This document shows positions 8,890-20,246 of a stretch of DNA of 32,000 nucleotides, piece after piece. The notes under the pieces are model-generated. The model searched no databases and was not told where the DNA came from. It was given only the letters and a program-made list of their open reading frames with translations. The DNA comes from Methanothermobacter thermautotrophicus str. Delta H. GTDB lineage: Archaea > Methanobacteriota > Methanobacteria > Methanobacteriales > Methanothermobacteraceae. Within the stretch, counting starts at the first letter, position 1, and the number at the start of each line of letters is the position of its first letter. The DNA is taken from assembly GCF_000008645.1 (NCBI RefSeq), contig NC_000916.1, positions 600,001 to 632,000 on the forward strand, read 5' to 3'. The translations under genes and the position numbers were made by a program.

Positions 8890-9171
8890 TTATGTTGATC
8901 CCATCAATTCAAGAATCTCCATGGAAAGCTTCACCCAGCGCAGTGACGAATTGAGAGCCGCCCTGAAGGATGCTGAATCCCCTGCGCTTATGACAATGGT
9001 TATCCTGCCATCATCAAGTTCCATGGACATGGAAGACCTCTGGGAGGGCGAATCCATGACCTCAGGTTTGATGGCCCTGTAGATCACAGATGCTGATTCA
9101 GGGTCCGTCCTGATATCTATTACGCCCTGAATTCTCCTGAGACCCAACTCACTCACCGACCCTGAAATCAC
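8890..9171 (-). CDS. pcc1: KEOPS complex subunit Pcc1
   Basis: 93 aa; VIYRAIKPEVMDSPSQRSSMSMELDDGRITIVISAGDSASFRAALNSSLRWVKLSMEI matches the Pcc1 family. The ORF overlaps the upstream stop by about 23 nt, so the start is uncertain. Confidence 0.85.
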   Translation of the reverse strand: MISGSVSELGLRRIQGVIDIRTDPESASVIYRAIKPEVMDSPSQRSSMSMELDDGRITIVISAGDSASFRAALNSSLRWVKLSMEILELMGST

Positions 9172-9616
9172 GTATCAGGAGCTTAAAACCAGCGGGCGTC
9201 CCCCTGGCATCCATGAGCTCCATCACCCAGGCGTACTCTTCATCAGTCCTTATACTCCAGGCATCCCTGGATGAGGATTCATCCACCTCAAGGCCCATTA
9301 GATTGCAGAGGCCCTCAGATCCGGGAGGGCAGCTACTGACCCTTACCGCTTTATCTGCCAGTTCAGGTTTTTTCATTTCAAAGGACGGGTTGAAGAGGAT
9401 GTAACCCCTCTCCCCTCCCCTTTCATCGAGGAAGGTTATCCTTGCAGGGTTACCGTGCCTCTCAGAGACCACAGCCACCGGGCCCCTGGCCTCGATGAGC
9501 ACATCCCGCAGGCTCATCTTTCCCCTGTTAATGTACCTCCAGCCCATGATCCTGGAGAGCCTCTGGGAAAAGGACCTTGTGCGCTGGGATGGCTTTCTGG
9601 ATGTTGTGAGGAGCAT
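9149..9616 (-). CDS. DUF2103 family predicted metal-binding protein
   Basis: 155-aa ORF at the expected superoperon position; the start may be downstream of 9616. Confidence 0.7.
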   Translation of the reverse strand: MLLTTSRKPSQRTRSFSQRLSRIMGWRYINRGKMSLRDVLIEARGPVAVVSERHGNPARITFLDERGGERGYILFNPSFEMKKPELADKAVRVSSCPPGSEGLCNLMGLEVDESSSRDAWSIRTDEEYAWVMELMDARGTPAGFKLLIRDFRVGE

Positions 9617-9617
9617 C

Positions 9618-9748
9618 CTACCGTGCCCTCAGGGTCCTCTTAACCGGAGGCACCTCCTTGAAGAGGATCCTGTACCTGCACCTTGGGCACTTGTTCTCCA
9701 TGTACTTCTTGGGGTCTATGAGTGTCCCGCACTGGCGCAGCGGTACAA
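9618..9748 (-). CDS. rpoP: DNA-directed RNA polymerase subunit P (Rpb12/rpoP), interrupted by an apparent 1-nt deletion
   Basis: TTG-TAC-CGC-TGC-GCC then a frame change, then TGC-GGG-ACA...: MYRCA / [37 protein letters not shown]. The span is 131 nt, not divisible by 3. The TTG frame alone gives only [10 protein letters not shown]. Not in the ORF track. Confidence 0.8.
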
Positions 9749-9749
9749 T

Positions 9750-10019
9750 CTACTTACCTCCAACTATCCTCTTGATGTTACGGGCTGCTGTCTTACCCAT
9801 TGGGGTCACCGGGAGGTATGCTCCACCTGTGAACACAGCACCGCATTTTCTGCACTTCCATATGCCCCTGCTCTCCCTCTTAACACCGGGACGGTCACAG
9901 CTCGGGCATACGTGCTTCCTCTTCATCTCTTCTTCAATCTTTTTAACAGCTCTTTTAGCTTTACGACCGTAACGTGGACCGAAACGTCCTGTGATACCTA
10001 CTTTCTTTGTTCTTGCCAT
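9750..10019 (-). CDS. rpl37ae: 50S ribosomal protein L37Ae
   Basis: 89 aa; [41 protein letters not shown]...[15 protein letters not shown]. Confidence 0.96.
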   Translation of the reverse strand: MARTKKVGITGRFGPRYGRKAKRAVKKIEEEMKRKHVCPSCDRPGVKRESRGIWKCRKCGAVFTGGAYLPVTPMGKTAARNIKRIVGGK

Positions 10020-10074
10020 ATTATCACTCCAGTAAATATGATGTTATAGATATTGTCTGGTCAGTATTTAAGAT

Positions 10075-10879
<805 letters not shown>

Positions 10880-10890
<11 letters not shown>

Positions 10891-11602
10891 ACCTCTTTCT
10901 GAGGGCCTCCTTCTGCACCTCATGTATCCGGAGGCATCCCTCCACTGCAAGGTCAAGTGCCCTTTCAAATTCCTCGGGTGTGAGGTTTCCATCACTCTGG
11001 AGCAGTGTGATTTCACGTGTCCTCGGGAGTATCGCCACCGGTACGTCTGCCTGGCCCTCCTTGTCCTCCTCCTCAGAGAGGTCAAGGACCACCTGATCAC
11101 CGACCTTACCTGCTGCACAGGCAACAACCATGTCCCTCATGGGTATTCCTGCATCTGCAAGGGCGACTGAAGCCGCTGTTATGCCAGCACACCTCGTACC
11201 TCCCTCAGCCTCAAGCACCTCTATGAATACATCGATGACTGATCTGGGGAATTTTTCAAGTATCAGTGCCGGTCTGAGGGCCTCTGCAGTTATCTTGGAG
11301 ATCTCAACGGAACGCCTGTCAGGGCCCGGTCTCTTTCGCTCCTCAACTGAGAATGGTGCCATATTGTACCTGCACCTTATGACGGCCCTGTCAGGTCTCT
11401 GCAGCTTTCTTATCTGAGCCTCCCTTGGACCGTATACAGCCACCAGTATCTTGTTACCGCCAAATTCAAGGTAAGATGAACCATCTGCCCTTTCAAGTAT
11501 CCCTGCCTCGATTTTTAAGGGCCTGAGTTCATCAAACGCCCTTCCATCCTCCCTGACGCTGGGGGAGGTCTTCAATTGATCCTGTGTGATGATAGTAATC
11601 AC
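10880..11602 (-). CDS. rrp41: Exosome complex exonuclease Rrp41
   Basis: 240 aa; RNase PH fold sequence [21 protein letters not shown]...[22 protein letters not shown]...[26 protein letters not shown]. Confidence 0.96.
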
Positions 11603-12534
11603 CTCTCGGAATTATTCTCATCCTTAACTTCTGCATCCCCGGCTTCCCCATCATCCTCTTCAGCAGCAGGGGTGTCTGTTCCTTCTTCCACATCTTCAGA
11701 TTCCACTTCAAGGTCTTCAGACTCATCAGATACTTCCTCAATGTCCTCAGACTCCGGAGACACCTCCACATCCTCAGAATAATCAGATGCTTCCTCAAAA
11801 TCCTCAGACTCCGGGGTTTCAGGTTTTTCTGTCCCTTCAGACTCCTCAACCTGAATCTCAGGTTCCACTCCTGTAAGCCTGTCGAGGAGTTCCCTCACAC
11901 GGTCGGTGAGTCCTGAGGTGTGGGCCTCACGGTCTATCATGAGGACCACCTTCTCGGCTATCCTCTCCATGTCGGGTTCACCCTTGATCCAGACAACACC
12001 GTTCTGGCCAACCACGATATCGCAGTGGGTCTTCTCCTTGACCATGTTTATCATTGATCCCCTTTTGCCTATCAGCCTTGGCACCTTTGTGGGTGTTATG
12101 TAAACCAGGATGCCGTCCCTGAACTTTCCAAGGCCACGACCCTTGAGGCCAAGCTTCACCTTCTTAACCTCATCAACATCCACAACCCTCAAAAGCAGAA
12201 CGTCCACTATATCGAAGACACTTTCAAGTTCCCTTTTATCCTTGCCAAAGACCTCAGAGGCCGGTAAGAGACCTGTGTAGGGCGAGTTTATGTCAAGTCC
12301 CCACATTGAGAATCTGATGTCAGTTATCTCCCCGATCACCACATCCCCCCTCTTGGGGATGTACTTGCTCTGAAGTGGTATCACATTTATCTTCTTGTTT
12401 CTAACAGAAACGAGTCCCACAAAGGATGAACATATCCTGTTATCCTCTTTGAAGGTTCCCCTTCCAGGGAAATATTCGTTCTCTGCCAGAACCTGACCTG
12501 GAACAACCAGGTCCTTTTCATTTACAAGTAGCAC
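11599..12534 (-). CDS. rrp4: Exosome complex RNA-binding component Rrp4 with a long acidic C-terminal tail
   Basis: 311 aa, GTG start; [19 protein letters not shown]...[13 protein letters not shown]...[59 protein letters not shown] (S1 and KH domains). Confidence 0.95.
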
Positions 12535-12576
12535 GTTATGCCTCCCTGTTTTTTGAAGGCTAAAAGGAGAGGAGGA

Positions 12577-13275
12577 TTATTTTATTAGCCTGGTTTCAAC
12601 GTTACCGCCTGTGAGTTCACTGAGCTTCTGATAGAAGCTGTCCTGAAGGCCTCCGGGTATTTCAACCACTGCTATCCATGATCCGTCGTTCTGCCATTCC
12701 TCGTTGGTTATTTTCCCGAAATTTGATATTACACCGTAGGCTGACCCCGCCCTTTCACCGGGTATCTTGATGGCCACCCTGACCTTCTCAAATTTAATGG
12801 GAATCTTGGTTCTGATGGCTTTCAGGACGATGTTGACCTGCTCATCAACGGTCTTGAATGGATCAACATGAACCCTGGCTTCCTCCATGGCCTTTTCAAT
12901 CCTCTTTGGAGGGTGAGGAAGTCCGTTCTGGGGGTTTATGGCCTCGCGTGCAATTTTATTGATGATCTTCAGGCGTTTATCCTCTATCATCTGCCTTCTC
13001 TGCTCTGCGGTGAGCTGTATTGTCCCCCTTCTTAGTATTACTGGTGTTACCTCAAGTGGGTCCGCTGTTTCAAAGACCTTCCTCATGGCCTCCTCAGATG
13101 CCTTATCACCCTTCCTGGCGTCCCTGAAGACCTCCTGAACCGCGAGGACATCCTCCACACTTACATCTGAGTCTTCCCTGCGGAATTCAGCTGCCAGGTC
13201 AGGGTCCACAAGGACCTCGAATCTCTCGCCATGGGATTCAAGCCGGGCGATAACTGCATCTTCAAGGCTGACCAT
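12577..13275 (-). CDS. Ribosome maturation protein SDO1/SBDS homolog
   Basis: 232 aa; [45 protein letters not shown]-type SBDS C-terminal sequence and superoperon position. Confidence 0.94.
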   Translation of the reverse strand: MVSLEDAVIARLESHGERFEVLVDPDLAAEFRREDSDVSVEDVLAVQEVFRDARKGDKASEEAMRKVFETADPLEVTPVILRRGTIQLTAEQRRQMIEDKRLKIINKIAREAINPQNGLPHPPKRIEKAMEEARVHVDPFKTVDEQVNIVLKAIRTKIPIKFEKVRVAIKIPGERAGSAYGVISNFGKITNEEWQNDGSWIAVVEIPGGLQDSFYQKLSELTGGNVETRLIK

Positions 13276-13278
13276 TTT

Positions 13279-14025
<747 letters not shown>

Positions 14026-14090
14026 TTTTCTAACCTCTCTTTATTGATGGATAATTTATGTAATCATGAGTCATGTGATGAAGATTTTAA

Positions 14091-14465
14091 TCAGTATTTA
14101 TCTTTCTTGGAAGGTTTAATAAACTTTTGTGTTGCCGAGCGTATCGTCCCTGAAAGGCCGAGGATGTGGATGGCGACCCTCACCCCGCTGTGGTGGTGGG
14201 CGCATGTGAGGGCCATCATGACCCTCCTCTCATAGCCCCTCTGGCACTGGAGTATGCCCCTCACCCTGACGGCGTCTGGAAAATCGAACCTCCAGAGCTT
14301 CATGAGCCATAAACGGAAATTTGATGTTTCACACTCCCCATGCAGCTTGAGGCAGCTATCCCATATGAGGGAGACAAGTTCCTCCCTTGAGAGCTCCCTC
14401 TCACTGATCACCTCAAAGGCTATGTACCTCCTGGGGACCCTCAGTGTTGGTGGCAGTATCTTCAT
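14091..14465 (-). CDS. rnp2: RNase P protein component 2 (Pop5 homolog)
   Basis: 124 aa; LPPTLRVPRRYIAFEVISERELSREELVSLIWDSCLKLHGE; superoperon context. Confidence 0.92.
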   Translation of the reverse strand: MKILPPTLRVPRRYIAFEVISERELSREELVSLIWDSCLKLHGECETSNFRLWLMKLWRFDFPDAVRVRGILQCQRGYERRVMMALTCAHHHSGVRVAIHILGLSGTIRSATQKFIKPSKKDKY

Positions 14466-14482
14466 CCTTCATGGACTCACCT

Positions 14483-15199
14483 TTAACTCTCAGGGAGGAG
14501 CCTCACACCCTCTGCAATCAGGAGGTGACGGTTCCCTGAGTCCTCAAGTATCGATGCGGGGGTTGATGTGAGGGATTCCTCTGCCTCACTGGACTCCATA
14601 CCGAAGCATTCTGCGAGGTTCATGATATCGCCGGGAGTCCTCAGGTCATATATGGAGGAGGCCCTGCTGGTGAGGAGCAGTGGAAAACCGAACTTTCTGT
14701 GGAGTTTCAGGATCTCCCTGAACTGTTCAAGGACCCTTGCCCGTACCTTGAGCCAGGACCCGATGACGTCCGCCAGGGGGAGTTCAACAGCCACATTGTT
14801 TCTTGCAGCCTCCCTTGCGAGGACATGGTTGATGCCAGGGTCCCTCCTTGAAGTGTAGGGTGCTGAGAGGACATCAACCCGCCTGCTCTCACATGCGGCC
14901 CTGTTAACCTTGAGGTTGCCCCCTGAGACATAGATCACGTCAGCCTTTTTCCTGAATTTATTCACGGATCTCCTCATATCACGGGGGTCAGATGCATTTA
15001 TCATTACACCCCTGGCTATCTCAAAGTCCTGGAGTTCAGGGTTCTCCCTGAGGGATTCAAGGTCTGATTTGAGGTCAGGGTATCTCTCAGAAGGGTATAC
15101 CAGAACTCCGCCCTGATAGCCGAGACGTGATGCCTCAAGGAGGAGTCTCAGGCTGGAATCATGGTCCCTGCCCTGTATGTGGAAGTCAAAGAATTTCAT
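14483..15199 (-). CDS. rnp3: RNase P protein component 3 (Rpp30 homolog)
   Basis: MKFFDFHIQGRDHDSSLRLLLEASRLGYQGGVLVYPSERY...; ATG at 15199 preferred over the TTG at 15220. Confidence 0.92.
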   Translation of the reverse strand: MKFFDFHIQGRDHDSSLRLLLEASRLGYQGGVLVYPSERYPDLKSDLESLRENPELQDFEIARGVMINASDPRDMRRSVNKFRKKADVIYVSGGNLKVNRAACESRRVDVLSAPYTSRRDPGINHVLAREAARNNVAVELPLADVIGSWLKVRARVLEQFREILKLHRKFGFPLLLTSRASSIYDLRTPGDIMNLAECFGMESSEAEESLTSTPASILEDSGNRHLLIAEGVRLLPES

Positions 15200-15220
15200 C
15201 AGAATCCTTTGGGGAATCAA

Positions 15221-15637
15221 TCATTCAAGTATCTTCCTGATGTTCTCTACCGCAACTTCCCTCTTTGCGGGGTAGGCCTCCACCTTGATCTTCAGGTGGA
15301 TTGCATCACCGTGCCTCACGGGTTCCCAGACCCCCTCAAGGGCCTTCTGCTTGTCCAGTCGAAGGAAAAGGTTGCCGTTCTCATCGAATCTGTCCTCAAG
15401 TTCGTCCATGCGGCCCCTGAAGACCTCTGTGAATTTCTCCATGAATTCCCTGAGTGCCCTTCTGCGGTCCAGCCTTCCCCTGAGAACCGTTATGGGGTTT
15501 CCATGGTAGCCCTCGGCGCTCTCCCTTTCAGGTGTGGCCCCCGGGATTACGTTTCTGAGGGCCTCAATGACCTTTTCCTCGTCCTCTGTACCGTATACCA
15601 TGAGGCGGTAGGAGATGTTGTGTATCATGTCCCTCAT
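15221..15637 (-). CDS. COG1325-type predicted RNA-binding protein (exosome-associated family)
   Basis: 138 aa; position between rpl15e and rnp3, typical of the archaeal superoperon. The start may be the second Met. Confidence 0.8.
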   Translation of the reverse strand: MRDMIHNISYRLMVYGTEDEEKVIEALRNVIPGATPERESAEGYHGNPITVLRGRLDRRRALREFMEKFTEVFRGRMDELEDRFDENGNLFLRLDKQKALEGVWEPVRHGDAIHLKIKVEAYPAKREVAVENIRKILE

Positions 15638-15660
15638 AAAAAAAGTTAAGACGGGGGGCT

Positions 15661-16209
15661 TTATCTTACCTTCTCAGCCCCTTTACCCCTGTTTCGGAGG
15701 CCCCTGTTCTTTTAGCCTTCACTTATGAGGCCCCTGAAGACACGTCCCCTGTGCTGTTTTACACATATCCAGTATATCTTGGGGTCGTTCTTGATTGCTA
15801 GGTGGTTTGGATCCACGAGGATGACCTCATAGAACTTGTATTTTCCATCTTCCCATACCCAGTAGGAGTTGAGGACCTCCATGTTCGGGTATTTTCTTGC
15901 AACCCTCTCCTCTGCGATCCTCTTGATACTCTTTGCGGTGGTTATCTTCTTCACACCCATCCTCGTGGGCCTTCTACCTGCCTTGAACCTGGTTTTCCTC
16001 TGGCTTCCGCGTCTTACACGTGTCCTTACAACTATGTATCCAGGTTTTGCCCTGTAACCCAGTGCCCTTGCACGGTCTATTCTGGTTGGTCTTTCTATCC
16101 TCTTGATTACGGGATCCCTTCTCCACTTTGGAGCCCTCTCCCACATTAGCTCCCTTACATAGGAGTCCTTTGGATTCTTCCATGCATCTTTAACGTATCT
16201 GTACATCAT
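15661..16209 (-). CDS. rpl15e: 50S ribosomal protein L15e, with an in-frame TAA at 15712-15714
   Basis: ORF to the first stop: [68 protein letters not shown]...[14 protein letters not shown]. The same frame continues [16 protein letters not shown] to 15661, matching the conserved L15e C-terminus (GKKGRGLRNKGKGAEK). Confidence 0.88.
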
Positions 16210-16379
16210 TTACACCTCTATTCTGTTCGGCTTTACGCCACATCCATGGGAACGTATCCCTGAAAAATAGCGGTTTAGGTGCTACTACATCTGGTGTGAT
16301 CACTTAAAAAGTTTACTGTCAGTCACATCAATGAAATGTCAGTGAAGGTCCGTTTAATGGAAAAATCAAAGGTGTTGTT

Positions 16380-16718
16380 TCAGTCCTCGAGGACCTCGTA
16401 GAGTATTCTCATAGCCTTGACAAAGGGTGGATTGCCTGAGGTGAGGAGAACAACACGCAGGACATCAACTATCTCATCCCTTGTGACTCCGAACTCGTTT
16501 ATGGCACTCTGTATCTGTTTTTTAACTGCACGGTCATCGGAGTTTGCTGCTGTTATCCCGAGGGCTATGAGTTTCTGTGTCCTGTAATCAAGGACCTTAC
16601 CTGTGTAGGCGGCCTCATTCAGTTTAACAACTGCCTCATATATGTCAGGGTAGTCCTCCTTCACGTGCACCATGCCCTTCCCATAGAAAACATCCTCTTT
16701 CATATTTAGCACCTCCAT
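16380..16718 (-). CDS. Carboxymuconolactone decarboxylase/AhpD-like family protein
   Basis: MKEDVFYGKGMVHVKEDYPDIYEAVVKLNEAAYTGKVLDYRTQKLIALGITAANSDDRAVKKQIQSAINEFGVTRDEIVDVLRVVLLTSGNP; the track ORF extends to 16754, real start probably 16718 or 16703. Lacks a CxxC pair. Confidence 0.82.
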   Translation of the reverse strand: MEVLNMKEDVFYGKGMVHVKEDYPDIYEAVVKLNEAAYTGKVLDYRTQKLIALGITAANSDDRAVKKQIQSAINEFGVTRDEIVDVLRVVLLTSGNPPFVKAMRILYEVLED

Positions 16719-16869
16719 TCTAATTATGTTCAAGGCGATATTTATAAGTAACATGAGCCCTGATCTGGTGCTTTACAGAGAATAAACACATTAAAGGATG
16801 ATAAATATAGCGCCTTTTTACAGAAAAGGTAAGGAGAATAAACGGCAAAAAAATGTAATTAAAAATGAA

Positions 16870-17826
16870 TCAATGCTTTTCAGGTTTTTCAGCCGGCTGT
16901 GATTCTGTCTCGACCTCTGAAACCCCTTTATCTTCGGGATCTGAGAGCATCTCTGAGATTCCTGCAATGGATCCAAGTATGCCTGTGGCCTCCACGGGTA
17001 GCAGAATCTTTGTTGCCCTTCCATCTGCAACCTTTTCAAGGGCCTCAAGGTACTTCAGTGCTATTATATCATTTGTCGGGTCACCCTCGTGCATGGCCCT
17101 GAAAACTGACAGTATGGCCTTGGCCTGTCCCTCTGCTATGGCTATTTCCCTGTACTTGTTGGCATCTGCGACCTTCTTTATGGCCTCTGCCTTACCCTCT
17201 GCCTCCAGGATGGCTGCCTGCTTATCACCCTCAGCCCTCTTTATTTCTGACTGCTTGTAGCCCTCAGCCTCGAGGATAGCCGCCCTCTTCATACGTTCGG
17301 CCTTCATCTGCTTTGACATGGCCTCAACGATGTCACCCGGAGGCTCTATGCGCTGTATCTCAACACGGACGACCCGGGTCCCCCACTTGTCTGTGGCCTC
17401 GTCAAGCACCTCACGTAGCTGTGTGTTTATCATCTCCCTTGATGTTAGGGTCTGGTCGAGTTCAAGGTCCCCTATTATGTTCCTGAGGTTGGTCTGGGCA
17501 AGTTTGGTTATGGCCTGGTAGAAGTCAACGACGTTGTAGACAGCGTTGAAGGGGTCAACCACCTCATAGAATATCACGCAGTCCACCACAACAACTGTGT
17601 TGTCCTTGGTTATGACCTCCTGTGGGGGGACATCAACCACCTGTTCCCTCATGTCGACCTTCTTTATGGCCTCTATGAATGGTATTATGACCACGAGTCC
17701 GCTCTCCACGGTCCTCTGGTATTTACCCAGCCTCTCGACAACACCCTTCTCATAGGGTCTGAGTATCTTAAGGCTCTTGAATGCCAGTACAAGCAGTACC
17801 AGTACTATTATCAGCTCAAGTATCAT
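16870..17826 (-). CDS. SPFH/stomatin-prohibitin family membrane protein
   Basis: 318 aa; N-terminal [72 protein letters not shown]. Confidence 0.95.
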
Positions 17827-18263
17827 TTCTGTTCCTCCAGTTTTTCAACAACGAGTTTAACGCCCTCAATGGCCTTCACACTTACCTCTTCACCCACATC
17901 AAGCACTGTGCCTGATGTGGCCCTCCATGTTTCACCATCAACCTTCACGAGGCCAGAGTTCTGGGGGCTGATTGCCTCCATCACAACTCCCTTTCTCCCT
18001 ATCAGTCTATCGGATACTGCCTTTTTTGATGGTTCGCCGGTTATGCGTGCTGCGAATGGCCTTGAAACTCCAAGGAGGACAACTGAAACAGCGGCGAATG
18101 TTATGAACTGCGCTGTAGTGTCGAATCCAAGGTATCCGAGGGCCGCTGCTGCCAGTGCTCCAAAGGCAAACCATAGGAGGAAGAAGCCCGTTGTGAGCAT
18201 CTCACCTATGAGGCATATGGCCGCTATTATTATCCATGACTCCGGTCCCATTAAACCCACCAC
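17823..18263 (-). CDS. Short NfeD-like membrane protein
   Basis: 146 aa; hydrophobic N-terminal half and C-terminal OB-like domain ([30 protein letters not shown]); overlaps the SPFH gene start by 4 nt. Confidence 0.92.
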
Positions 18264-18478
18264 ATTTCATAATTCACTGAGTGTTTATATTATTTTCTAT
18301 GGCTCCCCTCAGTTATTATCATATATGTGTCGATACCATGGATATAGTAATTTGTAATATAATTTATAAATTTATTAATATTTTATATTCTGTTTGTTGT
18401 AGTTATTGTAATAATTTTTTCTGGAAAGATATTTATAGGGGTGGTGTCCATATTCTACCTCAAGGAGGTGGAGATCAT

Positions 18479-18877
18479 ATGATCGAAGATGAACTCAAAT
18501 TTCTGGTTCTGGGTTACAGGGTGTACACCGGTAAGACCCAGAGGGAACTTGCAGACGAACTCGGTGTCCCCCTGGACATCGTAATAGCCATGGAGGAAGG
18601 GACCTACAGGCACCCCACAAGGAAGCTGATGAGGAAAATAAATGAACTCACCGGTGAATATGAGGTGAACCGCAGGCAGTTCATAAACACCGGGAAGGGC
18701 TACAGGCTCAGGGAGAGGCTCGGATCACAGTTCAGGTACTTTGTCAGGGGCCTTGACAGGATGAAGTACATAAGCCAGAAGGACCTTGAGAAGATGCCTG
18801 AATCTGAATGCTACAGCACCATTGGTTCAGTTGACCTTGACGCGTTTGAGGTCCTCAAAGCAGGTAAAATGTCCTGA
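18479..18877 (+). CDS. XRE-family helix-turn-helix protein
   Basis: ATG 18479 preceded by caaggaggtg (18461-18470); KTQRELADELGVPLDIVIAMEEGTYRHPTRKLMRKINELTG. The track ORF start at 18281 is overextended. Confidence 0.87.
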   Translation: MIEDELKFLVLGYRVYTGKTQRELADELGVPLDIVIAMEEGTYRHPTRKLMRKINELTGEYEVNRRQFINTGKGYRLRERLGSQFRYFVRGLDRMKYISQKDLEKMPESECYSTIGSVDLDAFEVLKAGKMS

Positions 18878-19125
18878 AACTCCCTTTTTCATTAAATTAT
18901 TTTTAAGCTCCAGATGACTCTCAGGTCCTTCATTAGAATCTAAGTGTTCTCCTTTTCCAGTCCTTCAGCTTCCCTTTCTAAGTGGCTATGAAAAGCTGGT
19001 TAAAATGACAATCTCTGCTCTTTATGCTCCATTCCGTTAAAGATCCATAAAAGTCAACCGCTACCATCAGATGTGATTTCCACAGGGCTTAAGTTATAAT
19101 AGGAACCTCCATCATATAATCATCC

Positions 19126-20238
19126 ATGAGGTTCATAACACTCGTTCTGAAGAATCCATTCAGAAGCCGTGCAAGGAGTCTCCTTGCAATTACAGGTATT
19201 GCAATAGGGATTGCAACCATAGTAACCCTTGGCGTTATAACAGAGGGTCTGAAGACGTCCACAGAGGACACACTGAAGGCCGGAGGCGCTGACTTCACCA
19301 TAGTGGAGTCCAATGTCTCGGACATGTTCTTTAGCAAGATAGATGAGGAATACGTTGATAGGGTCAGGAATGTGAGCGGGGTGGAGGACGCTGTGGGGAT
19401 CCTCATGGCGGTCCAGCCGCTGGATGACAACCCCTACTTCGTTTTAATAGGTATAGACCCTGCGAAGATCAATATGAGCCAGATAAAGATAACAGAGGGG
19501 AGAACACTCCAGGACCCTGATGCAGATGAGGTCATAATGGGCAAGGTTGCATCTGAGAACCATGGAAAGAAAGTCGGTGACACCATAAAGATAAAGAACC
19601 GTGAGTACAGGGTCGTGGGCATATTCGAGTCAGGTGATATGCAGCAGGACTCAGGTGCGTTCATCTCACTTAAGAAACTCCAGAGGATAGAGGATAAGGA
19701 GGGCAAGCTCACCATGATATATGTGAAAATGACCCGAAATTCAGCTGTGGAGGATGTCACCGATAGAATCGAGAAGAGGTACAGTGACCTCACAACCATA
19801 GCCTCCCTGGAGGACCTCCAGAGCGTCGACCAGGGACTTCAGACCATCGACACTGCTACATGGGCCATTTCACTCCTCGCCATAATAATAGGAGGTATAG
19901 GAGTAATAAATACCATGATAATGTCCGTTTTTGAGAGGACAAGGGAGATCGGAGTTCTCAAGGCTGTTGGCTGGAGGGACAGGAGGATACTCGCCATGAT
20001 CCTTGGAGAATCTGTGGTCCTCACCGCCATTGCGGGTGCTGCTGGTTCAGTGCTCGGAGTCGCAGCGATACAGGTCCTCCTCGCCCTCGGGATGAAGGGA
20101 TTCATAGAGCCAGTCTACAGTCCTGAAATCTTCATGAGGGCCTTTGCGGTGGCATTCACAGTGGGTATACTAGGAGGGCTCTACCCTGCCTACCGGGCCT
20201 CAAGGCTTGCCCCCACCGAGGCCCTCAGGTACGAGTAG
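19126..20238 (+). CDS. ABC transporter permease (MacB/FtsX type)
   Basis: 370 aa; FRSRARSLLAITGIAIGIATIVTLGVI..., MacB-PCD region and C-terminal IGGIGVINTMIMSVFERTREIGVLKAVGWRDRRILAMILGESVVLTAIAG. Confidence 0.94.
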   Translation: MRFITLVLKNPFRSRARSLLAITGIAIGIATIVTLGVITEGLKTSTEDTLKAGGADFTIVESNVSDMFFSKIDEEYVDRVRNVSGVEDAVGILMAVQPLDDNPYFVLIGIDPAKINMSQIKITEGRTLQDPDADEVIMGKVASENHGKKVGDTIKIKNREYRVVGIFESGDMQQDSGAFISLKKLQRIEDKEGKLTMIYVKMTRNSAVEDVTDRIEKRYSDLTTIASLEDLQSVDQGLQTIDTATWAISLLAIIIGGIGVINTMIMSVFERTREIGVLKAVGWRDRRILAMILGESVVLTAIAGAAGSVLGVAAIQVLLALGMKGFIEPVYSPEIFMRAFAVAFTVGILGGLYPAYRASRLAPTEALRYE

Positions 20239-20246
20239 GTGATAGC

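Noticed and set aside
9495-10049. 184-aa plus-strand ORF, and 9658-9972 plus-strand ORF
   Set aside because: Antisense to rpoP, rpl37ae and DUF2103, which have clear homology; composition looks like an antisense shadow ORF.
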